In this document: piece by piece, positions 29,180 through 39,487 of the stretch
Layout: the number at the start of each line of letters is the position of its first letter
How positions within the stretch are numbered: position 1 is the first letter of the stretch
Assembly: GCA_964396655.1 (NCBI GenBank)
Contig: CAYNFP010000001.1
Location: forward strand, 70,773-134,772
Direction of reading: 5' to 3'
Length of the DNA stretch: 64,000 nt
Source of the DNA: an uncultured Muribaculaceae bacterium
GTDB lineage: Bacteria > Bacillota_I > Bacilli_A > RF39 > UBA660
Translations under genes and position numbers: made by a program
The notes under the pieces: generated by a model
What the model was told of the DNA's origin: nothing
The model's database searches: none
Seen by the model: the letters and a program-made list of their open reading frames with translations, nothing else

Positions 29180-30250
29180 ATGAGAAAGTTTTCAAAAAGA
29201 CAAATAGAAAAAAGTTTACAGTCATCAATTAATAATATGAATTCAAAACGATTATCTCCGAATGAAAAGAATAATTATAAGGAGGAGTTTAATATGGAAA
29301 AGAAAAGATCAATTTTACCAGTTTTAATACCAACATTTGTTGTTCTTGCAGCTATATTTTTGTTTTGTTTTAGTTATTATAATAAAAATTTAAAAGTTGA
29401 TTCAATTATTACTTTAGATGTTAATCCAAGTATAACTTTATCAACTAATCCAAATAATATAGTTGTAAATGTAAAAGCGCTTAATGATGATGGTGAAGAA
29501 ATTTTAACAGATATTAATGTGTTAGATATGGAAGCTACAAAAGCTATGGATATAATTGTAGATAAATTAATTGAAGGTGGATATTTAGAAGGGGACGGAG
29601 CTAATGTTTTACTTACAGTACAAAATAATGATTTAACTATAGCAAAAGAACTTGAATCAACATTAACAACTAGTATAAATACAAAATTAGATACAGAATA
29701 TATAGCCGGAACAGTATTAACTCAAGTTGATACCATAAGAAAAAATATTGATGCAGATGTAAAAACTATGATGTATGATTATGACATATCTTATAGTAAA
29801 GCAATTTTTATTAGAAATGTTTTAAGAAAAAATAGTACTTTAGTAGCATCTGATTTAGCACCATTAAGAATAAATGAAATAAGTAAACTTATTAATGATA
29901 ATAAAATCAAAATTGATGATATCGTTAAGTATAATGCTAATGCTAATATTTATGAAAGTGCTGAATTGAAACAATTGAAAAAAAGCCAAGATGCTGCAGA
30001 AAAAGCAGCTATTCAAGCAGAAGTAAAATTACAAAAAGCAGCAGAAGAACTTCAATCAAAAATTCAAAATAATGAAAACAGCGAAGAAGAACAAAATAAA
30101 TATACAACAGCAGAGCAGATAAAGACTCAAACTACAGAAGCAGTTGAAGCTGCAAAAAGAGCTTATGAAGAAGCATCAGAACTAAAAAGTAAGAGTAATT
30201 CTGGTGAAACTAATTCAAATCAAAGTACAAATCATCAAGGTAATCATTAA
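29180..30250 (+). CDS. putative anti-sigma factor (single-pass membrane protein with coiled-coil C-terminus)
   Basis: Overlaps or abuts the sigma gene. TM helix ILPVLIPTFVVLAAIFLF at ~residues 45-65. An alternative strong RBS/ATG lies at 29294. Confidence 0.45.
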   Translation: MRKFSKRQIEKSLQSSINNMNSKRLSPNEKNNYKEEFNMEKKRSILPVLIPTFVVLAAIFLFCFSYYNKNLKVDSIITLDVNPSITLSTNPNNIVVNVKALNDDGEEILTDINVLDMEATKAMDIIVDKLIEGGYLEGDGANVLLTVQNNDLTIAKELESTLTTSINTKLDTEYIAGTVLTQVDTIRKNIDADVKTMMYDYDISYSKAIFIRNVLRKNSTLVASDLAPLRINEISKLINDNKIKIDDIVKYNANANIYESAELKQLKKSQDAAEKAAIQAEVKLQKAAEELQSKIQNNENSEEEQNKYTTAEQIKTQTTEAVEAAKRAYEEASELKSKSNSGETNSNQSTNHQGNH

Positions 30251-30270
30251 TTTATAGTAAAAAAACTATT

Positions 30271-30573
30271 TTAAATAGTTTTTTTTGTTTTTAAATAATT
30301 TTCAAAAGCAGGTAGTCCATATTCTTTGTTATAATAATTAGGAAATTCACTTAAATGTGCTAAAGCAATTTTCATTGTTAATATTAAATCATTATTGGTT
30401 ATATTTGTTTGAGGATTTGCTTTTCCATGTTCTAATTCAATATTTACTCCGGTTATTAAATCTTCTGGAGTAAACTTATCAAAATTAACTCCTATTGCTT
30501 TAGCTGTTTTCAATATATCTTCTTTACTATACATAATACCTCCATTAATATTATATTCCTTTATTTTAAACAT
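30271..30573 (-). CDS. hypothetical protein
   Basis: 100 aa on the minus strand. Confidence 0.45.
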   Translation of the reverse strand: MFKIKEYNINGGIMYSKEDILKTAKAIGVNFDKFTPEDLITGVNIELEHGKANPQTNITNNDLILTMKIALAHLSEFPNYYNKEYGLPAFENYLKTKKTI

Positions 30574-30729
30574 TTAAATAATTATTAAAAATATACCATT
30601 TTTTGAGTTTGATTTTTTTATTTATTAAATGTTATACTTATTAAGAAAAATAAGTTATATTTACAAAATTTTGTAATAAAAGTTATATTAAATGCATTAA
30701 ATATTCAGATAGAAATAAAAGAGGTAATT

Positions 30730-33240
30730 ATGAAATTAAATAATTTTAAAAATGATTATAAAGGTTTAAATAATTCAGAAGTAGAAGAATCCATAAAAAA
30801 ATATGGAATTAATACACTTGGTAAATCCAAAAAAGATGGATTCTTTAAAAAATTATTAAAAACTTTTAAAGAGCCCATGTTCATTTTATTAATAGCAAGT
30901 AGTTTAATATATTTATTACTAGGAGAAATTAGTGATAGTTTAATAATGCTTGTTTTTGTGTTTGTAATTATTGGAATTTCTTTTTACCAAGAATATAAAA
31001 CTGATAAAGCCTTAGAAGCTTTAAAAGAACTAACAAGTCCTAAAAGTAAGATAATTAGAAATAATAAATTAGAAGAAATAAAGAGTAGTGAAGTAGTTGT
31101 TGGGGATATTATGGTTTTATATGAAGGTGATGTAATAAATGCAGAAGGGGATATTTTAGAATGCCATGGTTTTGGAGTAAATGAATCTACTTTAACTGGA
31201 GAATCATTTGTTGTATGGAAAAAAGTGAAATTAAATTCTGAAGAAAAAACAGAGTATTTTAAAAAAAACAGATGCTATGCTGGTACGACAGTTACTGGAG
31301 GCTTTGCAACAGTTTTAGTTACTAATGTTGGGGTTAATACTGAATATGGTAAAATAGGGAATAATTTAAATAAAATAGTAGATGTAAAAACTCCTCTTGA
31401 AAAACAGATGGAAAAATTAATTAAAGTATGTGCTATTGTAAGTTTTATATTTTTATTTTTAGTAACGTTAGTAACTTTTGTAAAAAACTCAGTTAATGCT
31501 CCAAATCTATTTGAAAGAATAACACATTCTATAATGGCAGGTATTACTATTGCTATGGCAACTATACCTGAAGAATTACCTGTTGTATTAACAGTATTTC
31601 TAACTATGGGAGCATATATTATTTCAAAGCAAAAATCCTTGGTTCGTAAAATGAATGCTGTTGAAACTCTTGGAGCAGTTTCTGTTTTATGTGTCGATAA
31701 AACCGGAACTTTAACAGAAAATAAAATGGTTGTAGTAGATAATTATGCTTATAGTAGTTTTGAAAATTTATTAAAAGTAAGTTACTTAGCAAGTGAACCA
31801 GAAGCTTATGATCCCACTGAAAAAGCTATTATAAATTTTTATAAAAAAGAGAAGAATTTAAAAAAATTAAAGATTAGTATTCCTGTATATGAATATCCCT
31901 TTACATCAGAAACTAAAATAATGGGTCACGTATTTAAAGAAAATAAAAGGTATAAATCTTACATAAAAGGTGCTTATGAAAAAGTGTTGCCTTTATGTGG
32001 TCTAAGTTCTGAAGAAACAGATATAATAAAAGATAAAATATCAGAATTATCTAAAGAAGGATGCAGAATATTAGCTTTTGCATATGGAGAAACTGATAAA
32101 ATTGATAAAAATTTAAATAATGTAAGATTAAATTTTATAGGTTTATTGGCATTCGCAGATCCTCCGAGATATGGAATAAAGGAAGCTGTAGAAACTTGTT
32201 ATGAAGCTGGTATAAAATTAGTTATGATTACTGGTGATAACGGAGAAACTGCAAAAATTATTGCTGAAAAAATAGGGCTAATAAATAATGGTAATGTTAT
32301 TACAGGAGATGAATTAGAAAAAATAACTGATCAAGAGTTAATAGAAGTAGTAAAAGAAACAAATATATTTGCTAGAGTTCATCCAAATCATAAAATGAGA
32401 ATAGTTGAAGCTTTTCAAAAAAACAATATGGTTGTTGCAATGACCGGAGATGGCGTTAATGATGCAACTGCTTTAAAAAAAGCTGAGATAGGTATAGCAA
32501 TGGGGCAAAGAGGAACAGAGGTAGCTAAGCAGGCATCTAAATTAATATTGTTAGATGATAATTTTAAAACAATTGTAACTGCTGTGGAAAACGGTAGAAG
32601 AATTTATGATAATATTCAAAAAGCAATAAAATATATTTTGATAATTCATATTCCAATAGCTTTAATAGCACTTTTAGTTCCAGTATTTAATTTACCAATA
32701 TTATTATTACCAATACATGTTGTTATATTAGAATTAATAATAGATCCAACTTCTTCAATTATATTTGAAAGATGCAAAGCAGATAAAAATATAATGAAAA
32801 GAAAACCTAGAAAAATTAATGATAGCTTAGTAAGTAAAAAATATATCTTTGCTTCAATAATTCAGGGATTATCAATCTTTATTGCATTTTTTGGTAGTTA
32901 TATATATTTACTAAATAATAATTATGCTAAAGAAATAGCTTCAACATTTGCTTTAACTGTTTTAATTCTTTCAAATTTATTTATTGTATATATAAATATG
33001 AGTAATACTGAAATAGCCATAAATAGTTTCATTAAAAGTTTAAAAGATAAAGTAACAACCGGAATAAATATTTTAATATTAATAATGTTAGGTTTTATAA
33101 TTTATGTTCCTTTTGTTCAAAAAATTGTAGGAACAAAAGCATTAAATTTATATCAAATTTTAACTGCAATTTTAATATCTTTAATTTGTACCTTATGGTT
33201 TGATATAACAAAAAGAATTAAAAATAAAAAAATAAAATAA
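30730..33240 (+). CDS. cation-transporting P-type ATPase (P2-type, Ca2+/Mg2+-like)
   Basis: DKTGTLT phosphorylation motif, TGDN, and MTGDGVNDATALKKAEIGIAMG hinge motif. 10 predicted TM segments. Confidence 0.9.
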   Translation: MKLNNFKNDYKGLNNSEVEESIKKYGINTLGKSKKDGFFKKLLKTFKEPMFILLIASSLIYLLLGEISDSLIMLVFVFVIIGISFYQEYKTDKALEALKELTSPKSKIIRNNKLEEIKSSEVVVGDIMVLYEGDVINAEGDILECHGFGVNESTLTGESFVVWKKVKLNSEEKTEYFKKNRCYAGTTVTGGFATVLVTNVGVNTEYGKIGNNLNKIVDVKTPLEKQMEKLIKVCAIVSFIFLFLVTLVTFVKNSVNAPNLFERITHSIMAGITIAMATIPEELPVVLTVFLTMGAYIISKQKSLVRKMNAVETLGAVSVLCVDKTGTLTENKMVVVDNYAYSSFENLLKVSYLASEPEAYDPTEKAIINFYKKEKNLKKLKISIPVYEYPFTSETKIMGHVFKENKRYKSYIKGAYEKVLPLCGLSSEETDIIKDKISELSKEGCRILAFAYGETDKIDKNLNNVRLNFIGLLAFADPPRYGIKEAVETCYEAGIKLVMITGDNGETAKIIAEKIGLINNGNVITGDELEKITDQELIEVVKETNIFARVHPNHKMRIVEAFQKNNMVVAMTGDGVNDATALKKAEIGIAMGQRGTEVAKQASKLILLDDNFKTIVTAVENGRRIYDNIQKAIKYILIIHIPIALIALLVPVFNLPILLLPIHVVILELIIDPTSSIIFERCKADKNIMKRKPRKINDSLVSKKYIFASIIQGLSIFIAFFGSYIYLLNNNYAKEIASTFALTVLILSNLFIVYINMSNTEIAINSFIKSLKDKVTTGINILILIMLGFIIYVPFVQKIVGTKALNLYQILTAILISLICTLWFDITKRIKNKKIK

Positions 33241-33307
33241 AATTTTGTTTTTTTAATTGATAAGCAAATATATTAATTATATAATGAAACTATAGGGTGG
33301 TTATTGT

Positions 33308-34423
33308 ATGAAGTATATTAATATGTTGGAATCAGAAATAAAAGAATATATGAAAATATTTTATAAGGAAGATTACCCTTTATTTATAGAAAAATATATA
33401 AACACAAAATCACTGCAAAGAATAAATGGAATTGATCTATTTTGTGGCATGGGAAATACAAAAGTACCAGAACTGCAAATGAAATATAAATATTCAAGAT
33501 TAGATCATTCAATAACTTGTGCTATTATGGTTTGGAATTTAACCAGGGATAAAGTTCAAACTTTATGTGCGTTATTTCATGATTGTGGTACCCCAGCATT
33601 TAGTCATGTTATAGATTTTAAAATGGGGGATAGTGTTAATCAATCCACTTCAGAAAAAAGCACAAAAGATATAATAGAAAATGATGAAGAAGTATTACAA
33701 TATTTAAAAGAAGATGGAATAGATTTAGAGAGTATCATTGATCCTAAAAAATATCCAATTATAGATAAAAAAATTCCGGCAATTTGTGTTGATAGACTAG
33801 ATGGAGTGTTTTCAACAGGATTGATTTGGGGAAAATTCTGGACATTAGAAGATATCAAAAAATTTTATTCTGTGATATCAATTTTTAATAGTCCAAGACT
33901 TTCTATTCCTTCAAGTGAAAGAGCTATGAACTTTGGAATAGAATTAGGTATTGAAGAATCCAGTTCTTATGCTGAGGAATTTTATGAAGGTTGTATAAAA
34001 TATAGTATATTATTACAAAGTATAGAAGATAAATTTTGTATGGCCATTTTAGGCAAGATACTTAATTTATATGAAGAATTAGGTATGTTAAAACCAACAG
34101 ATTTTTATACACTATCTGAAGAAGAAATAATAGAGATTATGCTAAATAGTAAATATTCATTTTTATGGAAAGATTTTACAAATATAAAATCAGTTAGATT
34201 AGCTGAATCAAATTCTTTTTATAGTATGGTAGTTAATGCTAAATTTAGAGAAATAGCCCCTTTAGTTGAAACCGAACATGGTATAGATGTTCTTACAAAA
34301 GTTTCTGAAAAAGCAGCTTATGAATATTTAAAATTAATTGAACATTATAGAAAATACAACAATGCTTTAATGACAACAGATTTATCCACTCGAACAATAA
34401 AATTACTAAGAAAGCTAAAATAA
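33308..34423 (+). CDS. HD domain phosphohydrolase-like protein
   Basis: H...HD motif (ALFHDCGTPAFSH). 371 aa. Confidence 0.55.
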   Translation: MKYINMLESEIKEYMKIFYKEDYPLFIEKYINTKSLQRINGIDLFCGMGNTKVPELQMKYKYSRLDHSITCAIMVWNLTRDKVQTLCALFHDCGTPAFSHVIDFKMGDSVNQSTSEKSTKDIIENDEEVLQYLKEDGIDLESIIDPKKYPIIDKKIPAICVDRLDGVFSTGLIWGKFWTLEDIKKFYSVISIFNSPRLSIPSSERAMNFGIELGIEESSSYAEEFYEGCIKYSILLQSIEDKFCMAILGKILNLYEELGMLKPTDFYTLSEEEIIEIMLNSKYSFLWKDFTNIKSVRLAESNSFYSMVVNAKFREIAPLVETEHGIDVLTKVSEKAAYEYLKLIEHYRKYNNALMTTDLSTRTIKLLRKLK

Positions 34424-34459
34424 AAAGCTAACATTTAATGTTAGCATTTCATTTAATAA

Positions 34460-34660
34460 TTAATTGTTGTATTTATTGTTGTAGTTTTTATTACCGAATC
34501 TGTTGTTTCCACGTTCAGCTTTTTTCTTGTCGCGACATTCTTTGCATCTAACTGGTTCATTAGTAAACCCTTTTTCAGCATAAAATTCTTGTTCTCTTAC
34601 AGTAAAAGTAAATTCTTTACCGCAATCCTTACAAACGATTATTTTATCTTTTTTCTCCAC
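34460..34660 (-). CDS. zinc-ribbon domain small protein
   Basis: Two CxxC pairs (CKDCGKEF...CKECRDKK). Confidence 0.5.
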   Translation of the reverse strand: MEKKDKIIVCKDCGKEFTFTVREQEFYAEKGFTNEPVRCKECRDKKKAERGNNRFGNKNYNNKYNN

Positions 34661-34799
34661 AGTGATACCTCCTTATTGAAAAAATTGTTTACAAGATATT
34701 TAAAATTCTCAAAAATGGAAATATCAAAATAATTTATAAACTTTTCAAAGTATACCATATTCTATGCAATTAATCAATACTTTTTAAAAAAATTGTAAT

Positions 34800-36345
34800 C
34801 ATTTTGTGATAATGTCACCTTAGAACATTTTATTAAAATGTCATCCTACTAAAAAATATGTGTTAATATATTCACTTTAGAAAGAGGCGAATATTATGGA
34901 AGGAAATATAACATTAACAATGAAAGAACAAAGAAAAAATGATATCATTATTAAATTAATTGACAAACAAATAACTATTTCTAAAACTTCTCAATTACTT
35001 GGATTATCCGAAAGACAAATAAAGAGAATTAAAAAAAATTATTTACAAGATGGAATAAAAAGTATTATTCATAAAAGTAAAGGCAAGAAAACAAATCGCG
35101 GGTACACAGATAAATTTAAAACTAAGATATTAAACCTATATAAATCAAAATATTTAGATTGGAATTTTTATCACTTTAATGATACCTTAGAAGATTATCA
35201 TAATATAAAAGTATCAGATACATTTATTTACAATCTTCTTACAACAAATGGGATTGAATCTCCACATAAATATAAATCAAGAAAGACTTCTCACCCTCCT
35301 AGAGAGAGAAAAGAAAATGCTGGAGAATTAATTCAAGTTGATGCTTCTAAACACAAGTGGTTTTATGGTGATGACAACTATTATCATTTAAATGGTGGTA
35401 TAGATGATTCTACAGGGTTAGTTGTGTCTTGTTTCTTTACCAGAGAAGAAACAATATTCGGTTATCAAATGATTATGAAGCAAATTATTGAAAATTATGG
35501 TATACCTGAATGCTTATATACAGATTATAGAACTGTTTTTAAATCAACTAAAAAAGAATTATCTTTAGAAGAAGAAATTGAAGGCAAAGAAATTAATAAT
35601 ACTAAATTTGCCAACATGCTTAAACATTTAGGTACTGATATTATTTCTACTATGAATCCCAGAGCTAAAGGTAGAATCGAAAGATTGTGGAGAACTTTTC
35701 AAGATAGATTATATAAAGAACTTAAAATGAAAAATATTAATACAAATAGAAAAAGCAAACGAGTATTTAACTAACGTATTCATACCAAAATACAACTCTC
35801 GATTTGCTTTACCTATAGATAATACTAAAAATTTGTTCATTTGTCCACTAGAAAGTTTTAACTATAATATTGATTTAGCTGTTTATAGTGAACATAAGGT
35901 TTATCATAATTCTTATTTAAAATACAATAATGCTTATCATGTAATACTTGATAATGATGAGAAGGTATATATTCCAACAAATGAAATATTACCTGTTTAT
36001 ACTTTTGTTGATGGTACAGATCATTTATTATATAACAACAAATGGCATTCTTTAAAAACAATAAAAGATTTTCAAATAAATATTAAAGAATATATGAAAA
36101 GTATTAAACCTGCTGAAGAAATAAACTTATCTAAATCTCACAAACCTTTTAATTCACCTTGGAGAAAATGGAATCCAAATAAAGTATTTTAGTCAAGGAT
36201 GAGCAAAGCGAATTTATCTTAATCCTTGACTAAATAAAAAAGTAAAATATTCTTACATCAAAGCATTACTTTGATGTTATAAATAAATTTACTTGAGTGA
36301 CATTTTTTAAAAATAATTTAGGTGACATTTTCAAAAAAATTTGAC
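34800..36345 (+). mobile_element. insertion sequence, ISNCY (IS1202-group)-like, ~1.5 kb, with imperfect terminal inverted repeats
   Basis: Left end ...GTGATAATGTCACCTTAGAACATTTTATTAAAATGTCATCC (34806-34850). Right end reverse-complements to ...GAAAATGTCACCTAAATTATTTTTAAAAAATGTCACTC (36292-36340). Each end carries two AATGTCAYC repeats. The ends flank a DDE transposase gene. Confidence 0.6.
34896..36192 (+). pseudogene. ISNCY-family DDE transposase interrupted by a +1 frameshift (ORFs 34896..35774 and 35833..36192)
   Basis: N-terminal HTH (ISKTSQLLGLSERQIKRIKKNY...HKSKGKKTNRGY) and an rve-like core. The second frame is open from 35731 and overlaps the first by ~44 nt around an A5 run, so a 1-nt indel separates them. 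Confidence 0.6.
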
Positions 36346-36393
36346 ATACTTTTTAAAAAAATATTAAATGATATAATTTATTTGGAGGCAAAA

Positions 36394-37149
36394 ATGAAAA
36401 TAACAGTTGCTAGTTGGAATATTGGAGAAGACGAAACTCATGAAAAAAATATTGTTGGGTTGGATTCTTATAATTTTATTAAAGAAATGATTGATAAATA
36501 TAATATAGATGTTATATCTTTTCAAGAAGCAATAACATCATCAGAAAATATGATGACTATAAAAGAGTATATAGAAAAAAACACTGATTTGAAGTATTCA
36601 TCTTCTTTAGAGACTTGTCCTTCTCATATAAATATTGGAAGTATGATGGGAGTTGTTACTTGTTCAAGATTTCCAATTGATAAAGAAAAAACAGTTATGT
36701 TTGAAAATCCTCATATAGAGTATAAAAAAAGTGATACAGTTACTTTGGTAATGCATGATAAAGGTTTTATTATTTCTTATATAAATTCCTTACCTTTGGT
36801 AATAGCTAATTGTCACGGAATGCCTTTCTTTGGATTTAAAAGAAGTGCTTTAGAATTTTTAGATATGTTTGAAAAAGCTGAAAAAGAATTATTAGAAATA
36901 CTAACTAAAGAGGGTAATTTTATTGTACTTGGTGATATGAATCATGGAAGTTTTAAAGAAATATTTCCTAAAATATATGATATTACTAATAATAATATAA
37001 ATGGAAACACCTATTTTCACAAAAGCGCTAATGAGAATATGCAATTAGATTATATAATGACAAATAAAAATATAAAAACTAATAAAAGTGAGATAATAGA
37101 TACAAGATTTGATCATAAATTATGTGTAGTAGATATTGAATTAAAATAA
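36394..37149 (+). CDS. endonuclease/exonuclease/phosphatase (EEP) family protein
   Basis: KITVASWNIG...ISFQEA EEP N-terminal motifs. The ATG at 36394 follows a GGAGG RBS. The ORF-track start at 36322 lies inside the IS end and is rejected. Confidence 0.65.
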   Translation: MKITVASWNIGEDETHEKNIVGLDSYNFIKEMIDKYNIDVISFQEAITSSENMMTIKEYIEKNTDLKYSSSLETCPSHINIGSMMGVVTCSRFPIDKEKTVMFENPHIEYKKSDTVTLVMHDKGFIISYINSLPLVIANCHGMPFFGFKRSALEFLDMFEKAEKELLEILTKEGNFIVLGDMNHGSFKEIFPKIYDITNNNINGNTYFHKSANENMQLDYIMTNKNIKTNKSEIIDTRFDHKLCVVDIELK

Positions 37150-37255
37150 TTCAATATTTTTTTGTAACAAATTTGTAACAAACAAGTAAAGTTAAAAAGA
37201 TGGTAGTTCTCTTTTTATAATGAAACTGATATACTTATTATAGTGCGAGGTTAAA

Positions 37256-39484
37256 ATGATAAAATTAAAAAATGTTTCTAAGTTTTACTATAGCAAAGGA
37301 GTTGTTGCTTCAGGTTTCTCTAAAATCAATTTAGAACTTGATTTAGGAGAATTTGTTGTAATAACAGGAGAAAGTGGAAGTGGAAAATCCACTCTTTTAA
37401 ATGTAATTTCCGGACTAGATTCTTATGAAGAAGGAGAAATGTACATTAATGGAGAAGAGACAAGCCATTATACAGAGAAGGATTTTGAAATATATAGACG
37501 AAAATATATAGGGAATATTTTTCAAAACTTTAATTTAGTTAACAGTTATACTGTGTATCAAAATATTGAATTAGTATTATTAATTAACGGATATAAAAAA
37601 GCTGAAGTTAAAAGCAAAATACTTGATATTATTAAAAAAGTGGAACTTACTAGATATAAAAACACAAAAGTTTCAAAGCTTTCTGGTGGACAAAAACAAA
37701 GAGTTGCGATAGCAAGAGCGCTCGCTAAAGATACTCCTATAATTGTTGCGGATGAACCAACAGGAAATCTTGATAGTAGAAGTGCAGAATCAGTTATGAA
37801 AATATTAAGTGAGATATCTAAAGATAAATTAGTGGTAGTTGTAACTCATAATTATGAACAAGTTGAAGAATATGCAACCAGAAAAATAAAAATGCATGAC
37901 GGAAAAGTTTTAGAAGATAAAATTTTAAAAAAATACAAAGAAATAAAGAAAGTTAAAGAATCAAATTTTAAAGATATAACATTTTTTAATAAAATAAGGT
38001 TAGGACTTAGAAATACATTTAATGTCGTTCCTAAATTCTTATTACTATTAGTTGTATATTTATTTGTAACTTTAGCTGTGGTTGCTGAATATTCAACTAT
38101 AAAAAAGCAAGAATATGAAACTAGTAAAATGGGATATAATTCTTATTTTACTGATATTTCTGATAGAAGAATAGTTATAAATAAACCAGATAAGACAGTT
38201 TTTACAGATGAAGAATATTCAAAAATAGAAAAATTAGATAACATTGATAGAATTGTTAAAGATGATTTAATGCTTGATAGTAGTGTTTCGCTTAATTCAG
38301 ATTATTTTTACTTTTATGGATATGCTAAGTCTTTAGATTTATTAAAAGGCAATGTGGATGAAGGAAGAATGTCCGAAAATGATTATGAAATAGTTATAGA
38401 AGTAACAAAAAATAATTATTATTTTAATGGAGATATAGAAGGGGTTTTAAATACAGAATATTCTCTTCAAAATAATGCTACATATTCTGAAATATTAGAA
38501 AATAAAATTAAAATAGTTGGTATCATTTATACCACAAGTGATAATCTTATTTATGATAATCCTAACTTTTATTTTAGTAATAAAGCAATGGATGAAATAA
38601 GAAGAAGCAATAATGAAAATTATAGTACTACAACATCTGTAATAAATGATGTAATGTTTACTTCCTATGATTACTCTAATATGTATAAATTATCTCCAAG
38701 CACTAAAGTACCTAAGGGATTTATAGTAATTAGTTCAGATATGGATTATAATTGTAAAAAATATAAATGTAAGAATTCAATTATGAATATTAAAGTTAAA
38801 AACATTTATTTTACAGAAGAACTAAACTTTAAAGTTTATAATACTTACACTAAAAAAACATTTAAAAAATATACAGGATACTCTAATTATGATATGAATA
38901 ATGGACAATATTATATTAATTCTGAAGATTATTATAATATTTATAATAAGGGTTCTTATCAAAGTAGTATATTTGTAGAAGATGTTAAAAAAGTTGATGA
39001 AACAATTAAATCTTTAAAAGATATGGGATATAAAACTTTATATGTAAAAGACGCAATTGTTAATCCTTATGGAGATGCATCTAAGTTCTCAACGTTATTT
39101 TTAACAATATTTATGGGTGCTGTTACTATTGGTTTATTCTTTATAGCGTACTTTATTATTAAAATAATTTTAAAATCAAGAAATATTTATTTTTCAACAA
39201 TAAGAATACTTGGAGCAAGTAAAAAGACTGCTAATAGTTTACTTAATATAGAATTGTTTACTGTATTTAATTTAGCGTTTATTACTATTATTTCATTTAT
39301 AGTATTAGTTTATAATAAGATAATAAATATAACTTATATAGAGGATTTAATAAAATATTTAGAGCTTAAAGATTATATTGTTCTTTATGCAATATTATTT
39401 GTTATATCATTCTTAATTACCAAAAGATATGCTAAAAAATTATTTGCATCTTCTGCGATGAACACATATAGAGAAGAGGTGTAA
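37256..39484 (+). CDS. ABC transporter, fused ATP-binding domain plus MacB/FtsX-like permease
   Basis: Walker A GESGSGKST, signature LSGGQKQR, Walker B IIVADEP. TM1 then a ~330-aa extracytoplasmic domain and three C-terminal TM helices. Confidence 0.85.
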   Translation: MIKLKNVSKFYYSKGVVASGFSKINLELDLGEFVVITGESGSGKSTLLNVISGLDSYEEGEMYINGEETSHYTEKDFEIYRRKYIGNIFQNFNLVNSYTVYQNIELVLLINGYKKAEVKSKILDIIKKVELTRYKNTKVSKLSGGQKQRVAIARALAKDTPIIVADEPTGNLDSRSAESVMKILSEISKDKLVVVVTHNYEQVEEYATRKIKMHDGKVLEDKILKKYKEIKKVKESNFKDITFFNKIRLGLRNTFNVVPKFLLLLVVYLFVTLAVVAEYSTIKKQEYETSKMGYNSYFTDISDRRIVINKPDKTVFTDEEYSKIEKLDNIDRIVKDDLMLDSSVSLNSDYFYFYGYAKSLDLLKGNVDEGRMSENDYEIVIEVTKNNYYFNGDIEGVLNTEYSLQNNATYSEILENKIKIVGIIYTTSDNLIYDNPNFYFSNKAMDEIRRSNNENYSTTTSVINDVMFTSYDYSNMYKLSPSTKVPKGFIVISSDMDYNCKKYKCKNSIMNIKVKNIYFTEELNFKVYNTYTKKTFKKYTGYSNYDMNNGQYYINSEDYYNIYNKGSYQSSIFVEDVKKVDETIKSLKDMGYKTLYVKDAIVNPYGDASKFSTLFLTIFMGAVTIGLFFIAYFIIKIILKSRNIYFSTIRILGASKKTANSLLNIELFTVFNLAFITIISFIVLVYNKIINITYIEDLIKYLELKDYIVLYAILFVISFLITKRYAKKLFASSAMNTYREEV

Positions 39485-39487
39485 ACC

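Noticed and set aside
36322-36393. Extended N-terminus of the EEP gene from the ORF-track start at 36322.
   Set aside because: This stretch lies within the right inverted repeat of the IS element. The ATG at 36394 has a proper GGAGG RBS and begins the conserved EEP N-terminal motif.
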